Part shown: positions 52,960 to 62,121 of the stretch, in pieces
How positions within the stretch are numbered: position 1 is the stretch's first letter
Layout of the letters: every line of letters begins with the position of its first letter
From: an uncultured Acidobacteriota bacterium
GTDB taxonomy: Bacteria; Acidobacteriota; UBA6911; RPQK01; JAPXNP01
NCBI GenBank assembly: GCA_963777605.1
Contig: CAVZRV010000010.1
Coordinates: 320,001-384,000, forward strand
Direction: 5' to 3'
DNA length: 64,000 bases
Program-made: the position numbers and the translations under genes
Notes under the pieces: generated by a model
Databases searched by the model: none
Told to the model about the DNA's origin: nothing
The model's input: the letters and a program-made list of their open reading frames with translations, nothing else

Positions 52960-53997
52960 ATGAAGACGCTCAAGGCATCCAACCATCAACTGTCCGCTCC
53001 CCTGGTTCAGCTCCAGGTCATCGAGTCAGGGGACCCACTAACCCCCACTTTCGACGACGTGCTGAACCGGATCGGACTTCACCCCCTGACGCCGATCCGA
53101 ATCGAAATTCTCCAGGTGAACGTCGGCAAGCTTTGCAACCAGACATGCAACCACTGTCATGTCGATGCAGGCCCTGATCGCACCGAGGTGATGAGCCGCG
53201 AAACCATGGTCCACTGTCTGGACGTCCTCCGGAATTCGGATATCGAGTTCCTGGACATCACCGGTGGAGCTCCCGAGCTCAACCCCAACTTTCAGTGGTT
53301 TGTCTCGCAGGCCAGGGAGATCGGAAAGAAGATCCTGGTGAGGAGCAACCTGACCGTTCTGACAACTCGGAAGATGGAAGATATGCCCCTCTTCTTCGCT
53401 GAAAACCAGGTTACAGTGATCTCTTCCCTCCCCTGCTACACGGCCGAGAATACCGACCGCCAGAGGGGAGAAGGCGTCTTTGAGCGTTCGATCCAGGCAC
53501 TTCGGAAGCTGAACGCATTGGGCTATGGGCACGAAGGAAGCGGCCTGGAACTGCACCTCGTCTACAATCCGGGCGGGCCCTCCCTTCCTCCGGCCCAGGA
53601 ACTTCTCAAGGCGGACTACAAGCATGTGCTCGCTGAAGAATACGGGATTATGTTCAACGAACTGTTCTGCATAACGAACATGCCGATCAGCCGATTCCTG
53701 GACTACCTCATCCAGCAGGGAAAGCTGGCAGGATACATGCACAAGCTCGTGGATGCCTTCAACCCGTCGGCGGCCGAAGCCGTCATGTGCCGCAACACGC
53801 TCTCGGTCGGATGGGACGGGCGGCTCTACGACTGTGATTTCAATCAAATGCTCGATCTGGGAGTAAATTCCAGGTCGCCCCGACATATCAAGGACTTCGA
53901 CCTGGAAGTGCTGACCCGGCGGCACATCGTCACTCGCAGACACTGTTTCGGCTGCACCGCGGGAGCCGGTTCCAGCTGTAAGGGAGAGATCGCGTAA
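52960..53997 (+). CDS. arsS: arsenosugar biosynthesis radical SAM protein ArsS
   Basis: LQVNVGKLCNQTCNHCHVDAGP, DITGGAPE, SSLPCY, LVYNP, NMPISRF, YDCDFNQML, HCFGCTAGAGSSC. Confidence 0.93.
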   Translation: MKTLKASNHQLSAPLVQLQVIESGDPLTPTFDDVLNRIGLHPLTPIRIEILQVNVGKLCNQTCNHCHVDAGPDRTEVMSRETMVHCLDVLRNSDIEFLDITGGAPELNPNFQWFVSQAREIGKKILVRSNLTVLTTRKMEDMPLFFAENQVTVISSLPCYTAENTDRQRGEGVFERSIQALRKLNALGYGHEGSGLELHLVYNPGGPSLPPAQELLKADYKHVLAEEYGIMFNELFCITNMPISRFLDYLIQQGKLAGYMHKLVDAFNPSAAEAVMCRNTLSVGWDGRLYDCDFNQMLDLGVNSRSPRHIKDFDLEVLTRRHIVTRRHCFGCTAGAGSSCKGEIA

Positions 53998-54974
53998 TGT
54001 CCACCCAGGATTACCTGAACACGACGAAAGATGTCTATCGAAAAGCAGCCCTCACCCCCCAGGAGGGTCTCTGCTGCACGACCTCCCCAGTCTGGCAGCT
54101 TCCCGAACTCCAGATTCCAACCAGGATGCTGGAAATGAATTACGGGTGCGGCAGCACGATTCATCCCCGGGATCTTTCGGGTTCTCCGACAGTGGCATAC
54201 GTGGGAGTCGGGGGCGGCATGGAACTGCTTCAATTCGCCTACTTCACGCGTCGGGACGGCGGCGTGATCGGCATCGACCCGGTTCCTGAAATGATCGGTG
54301 CCTGCCGGCAGAACCTGGCTACTGCAGAAGCCACCAATCCCTGGTTTCGGGAGAGCTTCGTCGATCTGCGGGAAGGTGACGCACTTTCCCTGCCGGTCCC
54401 GGACGGCAGTATCGACGTTGCCGCCCAGAACTGCCTGTTCAACATCTTTCGTGCCGGCGACCTTCGAACGGCGCTTTCGGAGATCCACCGCATCCTGCGG
54501 CCGGGAGGACGACTGGTGTTATCCGACCCGGTGTGCGAACAGCCGATTCCCCTGAACCTTCGCGACGATGAGTGCCTGAGGGCCGAGTGCCTGAGCGGCG
54601 CAATCAGCCTCTCCGAGTACCTGGGCACCCTGGAATCGATCGGCTTCGGAACCATGGAAATTCGCGCCAAGCGACCCTACCGGGTTCTCGATCCCGTGCA
54701 TTACGCAACCGACGAACTGATCTACATCGAGAGTGTCGAAATCTGCGCCATCAAGGACCCGCTGCCCGATGACGGTGCCTGCGTCTTTACCGGGAGAACG
54801 GCCATCTACTACGGGCGGGATAGCGAGTTCTCGGATGGCAAGGGACACGTTATGAAGCGGAACCAGCCGCTCGCGATCTGCGACAAGACGGCGGGCAACC
54901 TGTCCCGCCTGCGCCGCGACGACTTGTGGATTTCTGATTCGACATTTTTCTACGACGGCGGGGGCTGCTGCTGA
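53997..54974 (+). CDS. arsM: arsenite S-adenosylmethionine methyltransferase (ArsS-associated type)
   Basis: GLCCTTSP, MNYGCGST, YVGVGGGMELLQFAYF, AQNCLFN, CLSGA, C-terminal YDGGGCC; TAATG coupling to arsS. Confidence 0.9.
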   Translation: MSTQDYLNTTKDVYRKAALTPQEGLCCTTSPVWQLPELQIPTRMLEMNYGCGSTIHPRDLSGSPTVAYVGVGGGMELLQFAYFTRRDGGVIGIDPVPEMIGACRQNLATAEATNPWFRESFVDLREGDALSLPVPDGSIDVAAQNCLFNIFRAGDLRTALSEIHRILRPGGRLVLSDPVCEQPIPLNLRDDECLRAECLSGAISLSEYLGTLESIGFGTMEIRAKRPYRVLDPVHYATDELIYIESVEICAIKDPLPDDGACVFTGRTAIYYGRDSEFSDGKGHVMKRNQPLAICDKTAGNLSRLRRDDLWISDSTFFYDGGGCC

Positions 54975-54977
54975 GCT

Positions 54978-55086
54978 GAAACTTCAATTTGGATGAGTTG
55001 GAAATCCTGGATGATTTGGACGCGTCAGGTTGGAGATTCGGGCGATCGGTGGAGAGCCAGGGACGCGATTATCGGCTGGTTCCTGG
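54978..55086 (+). repeat. dispersed ~110-bp GGA-rich repeat (copy A)
   Basis: Hand alignment to the reverse complement of 60970-61077: about 78/109 identical with one gap. Confidence 0.8.
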
Positions 55087-55133
55087 TCAGGTGCCAGACG
55101 TGGATGAGTGATGATCACAGGATCGGCGCCGGG

Positions 55134-55154
55134 CTGGCCCCTGAAAGGGGCCAG
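55134..55154. terminator. hairpin between convergent arsM and GT-C genes
   Basis: CTGGCCCCT-GAA-AGGGGCCAG perfect 9-bp stem followed by TTT. Confidence 0.6.
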
Positions 55155-55156
55155 TT

Positions 55157-56653
55157 TCACTTATTGAATGATCCCGCTGCTCTGCAGGCAGGAGTTTTCC
55201 TGCACCGGAGCAGGGTCCAGAGGACCCCTCCCCACAGTATGGAATGTTCGACGGTCCTGGCCGCCACCCACCAGGCGTCGGCCAGGTGTCGATACTCCAC
55301 CAGGAAGCGAAGGTAGTAGAGGCAGAGTGCACCTGCAAAAACCGTCACCAGCGGTGCCAGGCGCCGGCTCAAGGTAGCCAGAGCGAGAAGCGGAACCGAG
55401 TACCAGGGATAGGGGGTCGGAATCAGCAGGAACCAAGTCAGGAGGACCCAGACTGCGCTTTCGACGACCCGCTCTTCGGTCGGTCTCCGCAGAATGAGCC
55501 AGGGTATTATCCAGGCTCCCATTCCAATCACGGCCGCAGCAGCAGTCCGCGCATGCCCCTGAAAGAGATAGTCGAACAGGCTGAAGACACCCTCGTTCAT
55601 GCGCCACTGGGAGGCGTACGCTCGAAATCCCTCCGTGAGCGACTCCCACCCGATTCCGAGGAAAGGCAGCCAGCCGGCCACGACCACGCCCCATACGAGA
55701 ACAAGAAACATCAGTACTCTCCAGGGACGTTCCCCCGAACGGACCATCAGAATCAGGGCCCACGGAAGCAGAATGACGGGGTAGATCTTCCCCAGTACTC
55801 CCAGCGCCATAAACGCGGCTGCCAGAGCCGTCCACAACTGCGAGGACTTCCGCAGATTCTTCAAAAGGGCCCAAATCGAAAGCAGCAGGAAAACCGCTAC
55901 CAACACGTCAAAGTGGGCCGAATTGGTGATCTCTTTCAGAACCAGCGGATTCCAGCCGTAGAGAAGAACCCGGTGGGAGCTCCTCTCGAAGCGCCTCAGC
56001 AACCCCACAAGCAGCCCCATCACGATGAGGTCCAGAACCAGGAAAACTGCTCGCTGCCCTTTCCAGTTCCACCTTCCGATCCAGGCTCCCACTGCAAACG
56101 CAGCCTGGGCTGCCGGCGGATACACAGTCGGAATGTAGCTGTAGCTGATGCGGGACAAGGCCAAGAGCGCATCGGGCGATTCAAGCGACTCTCGGAGCGA
56201 CCCTTCAGCCTCGGACACAATCTCGCCCGGGGACCACTCAAAAGGGTTTTGCCCTCGGATAAGAGCATTTCCATCAAGAACGTAGCGATAGACGTCGTTT
56301 TCCTGGATGAGGCCGGAAGGAAAAAGAATCAGCCGGGCCAGGACCGATACCAGCACAATAAACCAGAACGGCGGGAACCGGCCACGGTTCAGACGCAGGA
56401 ACCCCAGAGCAAAGACCAGCCAGGCCAGGAGGTACGCCGCCAAAAAGGCAGGAATCGGGCGGTCGGCATGACCTTCGCCAAACACGAACTGACCACTCAA
56501 CAGGGTCCACGTCCCGACCGAGAGGAGGAGGCCCAATCCCAGCATGAACCATCGCCAGTCAAGGCGAGCCTCGAATCCATCCGAGCCGTCCAGGCTCCTA
56601 CCCGGGACCTCACCTCCGGTCGTCAACGTATTGTTCGGGGCCCTTGTCATCAA
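55157..56653 (-). CDS. GT87-like (GT-C fold) membrane glycosyltransferase
   Basis: ENDVYRYVLDG, PTVYPPAAQ, YGWNPLVLKE...AHFD, KIYP, YPWY; multiple TM segments. Confidence 0.8.
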   Translation of the reverse strand: MMTRAPNNTLTTGGEVPGRSLDGSDGFEARLDWRWFMLGLGLLLSVGTWTLLSGQFVFGEGHADRPIPAFLAAYLLAWLVFALGFLRLNRGRFPPFWFIVLVSVLARLILFPSGLIQENDVYRYVLDGNALIRGQNPFEWSPGEIVSEAEGSLRESLESPDALLALSRISYSYIPTVYPPAAQAAFAVGAWIGRWNWKGQRAVFLVLDLIVMGLLVGLLRRFERSSHRVLLYGWNPLVLKEITNSAHFDVLVAVFLLLSIWALLKNLRKSSQLWTALAAAFMALGVLGKIYPVILLPWALILMVRSGERPWRVLMFLVLVWGVVVAGWLPFLGIGWESLTEGFRAYASQWRMNEGVFSLFDYLFQGHARTAAAAVIGMGAWIIPWLILRRPTEERVVESAVWVLLTWFLLIPTPYPWYSVPLLALATLSRRLAPLVTVFAGALCLYYLRFLVEYRHLADAWWVAARTVEHSILWGGVLWTLLRCRKTPACRAAGSFNK

Positions 56654-56680
56654 CTTCAGTTCCGCGCGATCTTCTGCAAG

Positions 56681-56710
56681 GTCTTCCTCAAGAGTGTCTT
56701 CCTCAAGAGT
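56681..56710. repeat. perfect 15-bp tandem duplication
   Basis: GTCTTCCTCAAGAGT x2 in a divergent intergenic region. Confidence 0.85.
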
Positions 56711-56764
56711 TGTGTGAAATTCCGAATTAGTTTACCCTGCCCGAATTCGGCCGGCTGATAACCT

Positions 56765-57463
56765 ATGCCTGATCTGCGAATTTCTGTCATCGTACCGGTT
56801 CTCAACGAGGCTCAGGGCCTGGCCCTCACACTGCAGGCCTGCCGGGACCCACACGTTGCGGAAATTGTCGTTGTCGACGGTGCCAGTGACGACGGCACCC
56901 CACAGATCGCCGCGGATCTGGGGGCGCGGGTCATTGAATCGGCTCGAGGGCGGGCGTCACAAATGAACGCCGGCGGTTTTGCCGCCACTGGCAATATTCT
57001 TTTGTTCGTCCACGGCGATACCCTGCTGCCGCCGGAATTCGGCACAGAGGTCTTTACGACGTTGAGCCAACCGGGCACAGCGGCAGGAGCGTTCCGGCTC
57101 CGGATTGGAAGCACAGAGTTCAGTTACCGGCTCATCGAACGGATGGCGAACTGGAGGTCGCGCCTCCTCGGTCTTCCCTACGGAGACCAGGCGCTGTTTC
57201 TTCCTCGGGAGACGTTTCTTGCAACCGGAGGATTTCCCCTGCTGCCCATCATGGAAGATCTCGTGTACGTCCGGTCGCTCGGAAAGCTGGGGCGAATTGC
57301 GATCTCCCGGCAGTCGGTCATCACATCCGCCCGCAGGTGGAAACGAACCGGGATCTGGAAAATGACCCTGATCAATCAATTTGCACTTCTGTCTTATTTT
57401 GCCGGATCCGACCCTGATCGAATTACCCGCTGGTACCGCTCCAGGACCACGAGGATCGAATAG
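56765..57463 (+). CDS. TIGR04283-like GT2 glycosyltransferase (arsenosugar-associated)
   Basis: SVIVPVLNEA, VVDGASDD, GRASQMNAG, LFVHGD, LPYGDQALF, PIMED, TSARRW. Confidence 0.9.
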   Translation: MPDLRISVIVPVLNEAQGLALTLQACRDPHVAEIVVVDGASDDGTPQIAADLGARVIESARGRASQMNAGGFAATGNILLFVHGDTLLPPEFGTEVFTTLSQPGTAAGAFRLRIGSTEFSYRLIERMANWRSRLLGLPYGDQALFLPRETFLATGGFPLLPIMEDLVYVRSLGKLGRIAISRQSVITSARRWKRTGIWKMTLINQFALLSYFAGSDPDRITRWYRSRTTRIE

Positions 57464-57571
57464 CCGCGTTTTTTTCTGGAAAAGTTGAAACATTCTATTA
57501 CGTTCAAACATCTTATTGATTGTGAAGGCAAGATAGAGGGAGCACCCCCTCCCTCACTCCTCCTCCCCTCG

Positions 57572-57598
57572 GTGAGCCCGTTCCCCAGGCGGGCTCAC
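57572..57598 (+). terminator. 9-bp perfect hairpin
   Basis: GTGAGCCCG-TTCCCCAGG-CGGGCTCAC; no clear U tract. Confidence 0.45.
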
Positions 57599-57675
57599 TA
57601 CCTCCATGTTTCCGACCGCTTTTTCCCATAGACTATTCCTGCACAACGGTTACACAGCTCGAAAGGAGACGAACA

Positions 57676-58548
57676 ATGAATGTTGGATTTATCGGATTGG
57701 GAATCATGGGCCGCCCGATGGCCCTTAACCTGGCCAAGGCCGGCTTTTCGCTGAAGGCCTACAACCGGACCCGGAGTCGTGCAGAGGAAGTCCAGGGCCC
57801 CTCGATCCAGATCGTTGAGTCTCCGGCAGAGGTCGCTGCGGATTCGGAAGTGATCATTGTGATCGTCACCGACTCGGATGCGGTCCGGGAGGTTATTGCT
57901 GGTCCCGACGGTATCCTTTCGGGCATTCGTCCCGGCACCATCGTCATCGACATGAGTACAATTGCTCCGGCCGTGGAAAGAGAGCTTGCAGAGGCCCTCG
58001 AATCGAGAGAAGCCGTCTTGATCGATGCCCCGGTTTCCGGTGGCGACGTGGGAGCCCAGAAGGGGACACTCGCCATCATGGCGGGCGGCCCTCGCGAAGC
58101 CTTTGACAAGGTTGCGCCCGTATTGGAGGCGATGGGCAAGACGATCACTTACTGCGGACCGGTCGGCAACGGCCAACTGACCAAGTTGTGCAACCAGATC
58201 CTGGTCTCCATCAACCTTCTGGCCGTCTCGGAGGCTATCTCGTTTGCGCGGCGCAACGATCTTAACCCGAAAGTCATGATCGAAGCGATCCAGGGCGGCG
58301 CGGCGGGCAGCTGGCAGCTCAGCAATCTCGGACCTCGCATCGCCGACCACGATTTCGCCCCCGGGTTCATGATCGACCTGATGCAAAAAGATCTCAAGCT
58401 GGTTCTTCAGGCCGCGGATCGTTCTTTTGCCACGCTTCCGGCTGCCTCGCTCGTCCACCAGCTCTTCAACTCGGCCCAGGCCAGGAACCTCGGCAGAGAA
58501 GGAACACAGGCACTGGCTCAAATCGTCGACCAGCTCAACCAGCTTTGA
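57676..58548 (+). CDS. beta-hydroxyacid dehydrogenase (GarR/3-hydroxyisobutyrate dehydrogenase family)
   Basis: GFIGLGIMGRPMA, DAPVSGG, TKLCNQ, FAPGF, KDL. Confidence 0.9.
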   Translation: MNVGFIGLGIMGRPMALNLAKAGFSLKAYNRTRSRAEEVQGPSIQIVESPAEVAADSEVIIVIVTDSDAVREVIAGPDGILSGIRPGTIVIDMSTIAPAVERELAEALESREAVLIDAPVSGGDVGAQKGTLAIMAGGPREAFDKVAPVLEAMGKTITYCGPVGNGQLTKLCNQILVSINLLAVSEAISFARRNDLNPKVMIEAIQGGAAGSWQLSNLGPRIADHDFAPGFMIDLMQKDLKLVLQAADRSFATLPAASLVHQLFNSAQARNLGREGTQALAQIVDQLNQL

Positions 58549-58652
58549 CGTCTTCCCGGGACTCCCCGGGACGGCCCGAAATCGGATAGCGGGCGGTGCC
58601 AGACTTCGTAGGGTAAACTGAGCCGATTTTAGTCGAGGATTGGGAGTGACGT

Positions 58653-60369
58653 ATGGGGAACAAGAAACTGTGGATTCTGCTTTTGGTACTGGCGGTGCTG
58701 GTTGGGTTTTCCATCATCGTCGGAGGGGTCATCATTTACCTGTTCAACGCTCCGCCGGCAGTGGCCGCCGGCACGGTACTCGAGATACCGCTCGGGGGAA
58801 CAATCCTCGAGACTCCCGCTTCCGATCCGTGGTCGCTTTTGCTCGAGTCCCGGGCCGTCAACCTCTGGGACCTCCGCAAAACCCTTGCCTCTGCCAAGGA
58901 AGACAGCCGCATCTCCTCGCTGTTCGTGGAGATCACACCTCTCTCCCTCTCCTGGGCCCAGATCGAGGAAGTTCGAGAGATTCTCAAGGATTTCCGCGAG
59001 ACAGGGAAACCGGTACACGTTTATATGTCAGTTGACATGGTGACCGAGCGTGAGCTCTACCTCGCGTCGGCTGCCGATTCCATTGCCATGAGCCCGACGT
59101 CCGGCTTTCTCGTTGACGGCCTGATGACCGAAGTGGTCTTCATGAAACGGACTATGGACAAGCTCGGCGTCAAGCCAAACTTCATTCAGTTCAAGGAATA
59201 CAAGAGCGCAGAGACCTATACGCGGCAGGAAATGACCCCTGAAATCCGCGAGATGTTGACCGGCGTCCTCCGCGACATCCAGGATCGCTTCACCAATTCA
59301 ATTGCCGAAGATCGGGGTATCGAACCATCCACGATGCAGTCGTTGATCGATCGCGGCGTTTTCCCGGCCTCGGCTGGACTCGACTCAGGACTCGTGGACC
59401 GGTTGACCTACCGTCCATCAGGCCCAGGATGAGCTGAAGTCTGAGAATGGTGACCGGGAGTACCGGGGAATGTCGCTCCGAACATACGAGCAGACCCTGT
59501 CCTCGGCCCGACGGGGAGTTATCCGTGGCAAGATTGCCTACGTTGGTGCCCAGGGAATGATCATCACCGGAAAGAGCGGGGGTTATTCAGGGCTTCTCGG
59601 ATCGGCGACCATGATCGACACCCTGCGCTCCATTCGTGAAGATTCAACCGTGGATGGCGTCATTCTGCGAGTGGACAGCCCCGGCGGTTCGGCCGTCGCC
59701 TCGGACATGATCTGGGAGGAAGTCTCCCAACTTGAAGAAGCCGGGAAACCGGTCGTCGTCTCGATGTCGGGGACGGCGGCCAGCGGGGGCTACTACATTT
59801 CCATGCCGGCCAGCAGAATCGTCGCTCAGCCGTCCACCATTACCGGCTCGATCGGCGTCATTTTCGGGAAATTCGACCTCACGGGACTCTACAACTGGCT
59901 CGGGATGGATATCGATCGGATCAAGCTGGCCCCCAACGCCGACCTCCTGTCGCTGACAGCCTCGCTGTCCGAACAACAGGAAAAAGAGGTTCGGGCCTGG
60001 ATGGGACAAATTTACCAGGGGTTCGTAACCAAGGCAGCCAACGGGCGCGACCAGGACGTGGAAACGCTGGAAGCCAAGGCGCGTGGCCGGATCTACACCG
60101 GATCGCAGGCGATCGAAGCGGGACTCGTGGATTCCCTGGGAGGAATCAGCCAGGCCGTCGCGGAGATGAAAGAAGCGCTCAACCTTGCCAAAACGGACTC
60201 GATTCAGTTGGAGCTCTATCCCAAGCCCAAGAGCTTCTTCGAAACCCTGGCCAGCGGCGACCTCTTTCAGCTGGAAGCACCTCGAATTCTGGATGATCTC
60301 GTCGAGAACTTCAGGGTTCTCGAGCGACCCGCCGTCTGGTTGCTCGCTCCCAATATTCGAGTGGAATAG
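58653..60369 (+). CDS. sppA: signal peptide peptidase SppA, long form (frameshift near 59412)
   Basis: N-terminal TM, EYKSAE; second frame LRVDSPGGSAVASD, SMSGTAASGGYY, TITGSIGV, GRIYTG. Confidence 0.88.
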
Positions 60370-60383
60370 GGCAGAGGGTCGGG

Positions 60384-60803
60384 CTATTCACCCATGACCT
60401 GGACTGCGACCTCCCGGTCCCGCGCCCGGTTGTCGAAATCGATCAGAGCAATCTGCTGCCAGGTGCCGAGGCGCATCCGCCCGTTCATGATCGGAATGGT
60501 CATCGACGGCTTCAGCAATGACGCGCGCACGTGTGAAAAGCCGTTTCCGTCCTGCCAGGTCCGCTCGTGATGATAGTCCGTCGTCGGCGGAACCAGGCGG
60601 TTGAAAAGTTCCTCCAGGTCATTGATGAGACCTGGCTCATACTCCATCGCGGTTAACCCTGCCGTTGCGCCGACCACGAAAATCGTCACCACGCCAGACC
60701 GCACGTGAGACTCATCGATCTTGTCCTGGACGTTGGAGGTGATATCCAGAATGTGGCAGAAGCCGTTGGTCTTGAGGGTCAGCGTGTAGTCCTTGATCTG
60801 CAT
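60384..60803 (-). CDS. yjbQ: YjbQ/UPF0047 family protein
   Basis: MQIKDYTL, GATAGL..EYEPGL, YHHE..DGNGFSHVRASL, LGTWQQI; TGCTAGACT 8 nt upstream of the ATG. Confidence 0.88.
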   Translation of the reverse strand: MQIKDYTLTLKTNGFCHILDITSNVQDKIDESHVRSGVVTIFVVGATAGLTAMEYEPGLINDLEELFNRLVPPTTDYHHERTWQDGNGFSHVRASLLKPSMTIPIMNGRMRLGTWQQIALIDFDNRARDREVAVQVMGE

Positions 60804-60969
60804 AGCCGGGAAGTCTAGCACAGAGGCAGGGCGACCGGGAGAGGACAGCGCCTGGTGCCGGAGTCCGGTGATTGTCCGGTCTTCCCGGGTAGCGCTCGAC
60901 TTCGCCGCGGGGCATGCCGTGATTGTGTGGCCCGTCCGATCTGCACTCGCTGCCACGAAATCGGGGCAT

Positions 60970-61077
60970 CCAGGATCCAGCCAAGAGCCACGGCTTCTCA
61001 GTTCCACCGATCGCGCGAATCTCCGTCGAGACGCATCCAGTTCACCAGATCCTTCAACTCATCCAGATTAAAGTTTC
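60970..61077 (-). repeat. dispersed ~110-bp GGA-rich repeat (copy B)
   Basis: Minus strand GAAACTTTAATCTGGATGAGTTG...GGAGATTCGCGCGATCGGTGGA...GGCTGGATCCTGG matches 54978-55086. Confidence 0.8.
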
Positions 61078-61080
61078 TGA

Positions 61081-61966
61081 TCAGCGGTGCTGGCAATTGG
61101 GGCAGAAGTGGGTGCTCCGCTGCGTGATGACGATCCGCACGATCTGGCTCGCGCACCTCGGGCACGGCTCTCCGTTCCGTCCATAGACGTTCAGTTCATC
61201 CTGGTTGGTGCCCACCTCTCCGTCGCTGTTGATGTAGTCTCGAAGTGACGTGCCGCCGAACGCGATACCCTTCCTCAAAACTGCGGGAATCGCGTCGAAC
61301 AGCCGATCTTTCTCTGCCCGACGGAGATATCGAACCCGCTTTGCCGGATGAATGCCAGCCTCGAACAACGCTTCGTCCGCGTATATGTTCCCGATACCCG
61401 CGACGAAACGCTGATCGAGGAGAAGCGCCTTGATCTTCACCTTTAGACCGCTTTCGAATAGCCGAAAGAAACGACTCCCGGGTGTAGTCGGCCGACAGCG
61501 GCTCCGGCCCCATTCCCTGAAACAGCCGCTCGACCGCATTCCCGCCGCGCGGAATCAGGATTACCTTGCCGAACATTCTCGGATCACGCAGCATGAGCGT
61601 ACGCCCGTCGAGAAGACAAACCTGCAAATGAGTGTGCCGGTCGGCCGGATGCTGCCGCACGCGCTGGAGGCCGGTGACAGGCTGGCGCAGGAATCGAGGG
61701 GAATCCGGCTGATCAGGGTCCCGGAGCGTCAACTGCCCCGTCATCCCGAGGTGAATAATCAGAATGTCCCGATCGAGATGAAAGAGAAGGAACTTGCCCC
61801 GGCGGGTCAGGAGGTTCACCGCCTGTCCCGGCAACCGCGTCGCTAGTTCCGCGGAGCTGGTCTGAAAAATCCGGGCGTCGGTTGCCTCGATGTGAGCAAT
61901 CTGTTGCCCGATGAGCCGGGGCATCAGTCCGCGACGAATTGTCTCAACTTCAGGCAGTTCCGGCAT
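61081..61966 (-). CDS. mutM: formamidopyrimidine-DNA glycosylase (frameshift near 61444)
   Basis: MPELPEVE, RRGKF, HLGMTG, DPRMFG; second frame KALLLDQ..AGIGNIYADEAL, CPRC..RSTHFCPNCQ. Confidence 0.94.
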
Positions 61967-61993
61967 CGGCTCTCAGGGGGAACGGGCGGATCG

Positions 61994-62068
61994 TGGCTCG
62001 GGGGCCAGGACTCGAACCTGGATCGGCGGCTCCAAAGGCCGCTGTCTTACCACTTAGACGACCCCCGA
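61994..62068 (-). tRNA. tRNA-Gln (anticodon TTG), CCA encoded
   Basis: TCGGGGG TC GTCTAAGTGGTAAGAC A GCGGC CTTTGGA GCCGC CGAT CCAGG TTCGAGT CCTGG CCCCCGA G CCA. Confidence 0.97.
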
Positions 62069-62121
62069 ACAGAATGCGCCTAATCTTAACCGAAACCGCC
62101 CGCAAGAAAAAGCGCAAGTCC

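Noticed and set aside
52960-53997. Selenocysteine in ArsS
   Set aside because: No in-frame TGA; Cys at CxxxCxxC and at the C-terminal GSSC
54980-55000. Both repeat copies can encode NFNLDEL with synonymous differences
   Set aside because: No start codon (copy A is preceded by TGA), the frame is broken by the indel, and the changes are ordinary transitions; weak evidence for a decayed gene
54977-55159. 7-bp terminal inverted repeat TGAAACT/AGTTTCA suggesting a MITE
   Set aside because: The right arm is made of the terminator base and the GT-C stop codon, and copy B has no counterpart
54972-55316. Read-through of the arsM TGA into the in-frame ORF 54993-55316
   Set aside because: GGGCC is the expected C-terminus; the ORF spans the repeat and terminator and overlaps the GT-C gene; copy B has an early stop in the same frame; no SECIS-like stem seen
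61994-62068. tRNA-Gln as an integration site of a genomic island
   Set aside because: No integrase and no duplicated tRNA 3' end seen in the window
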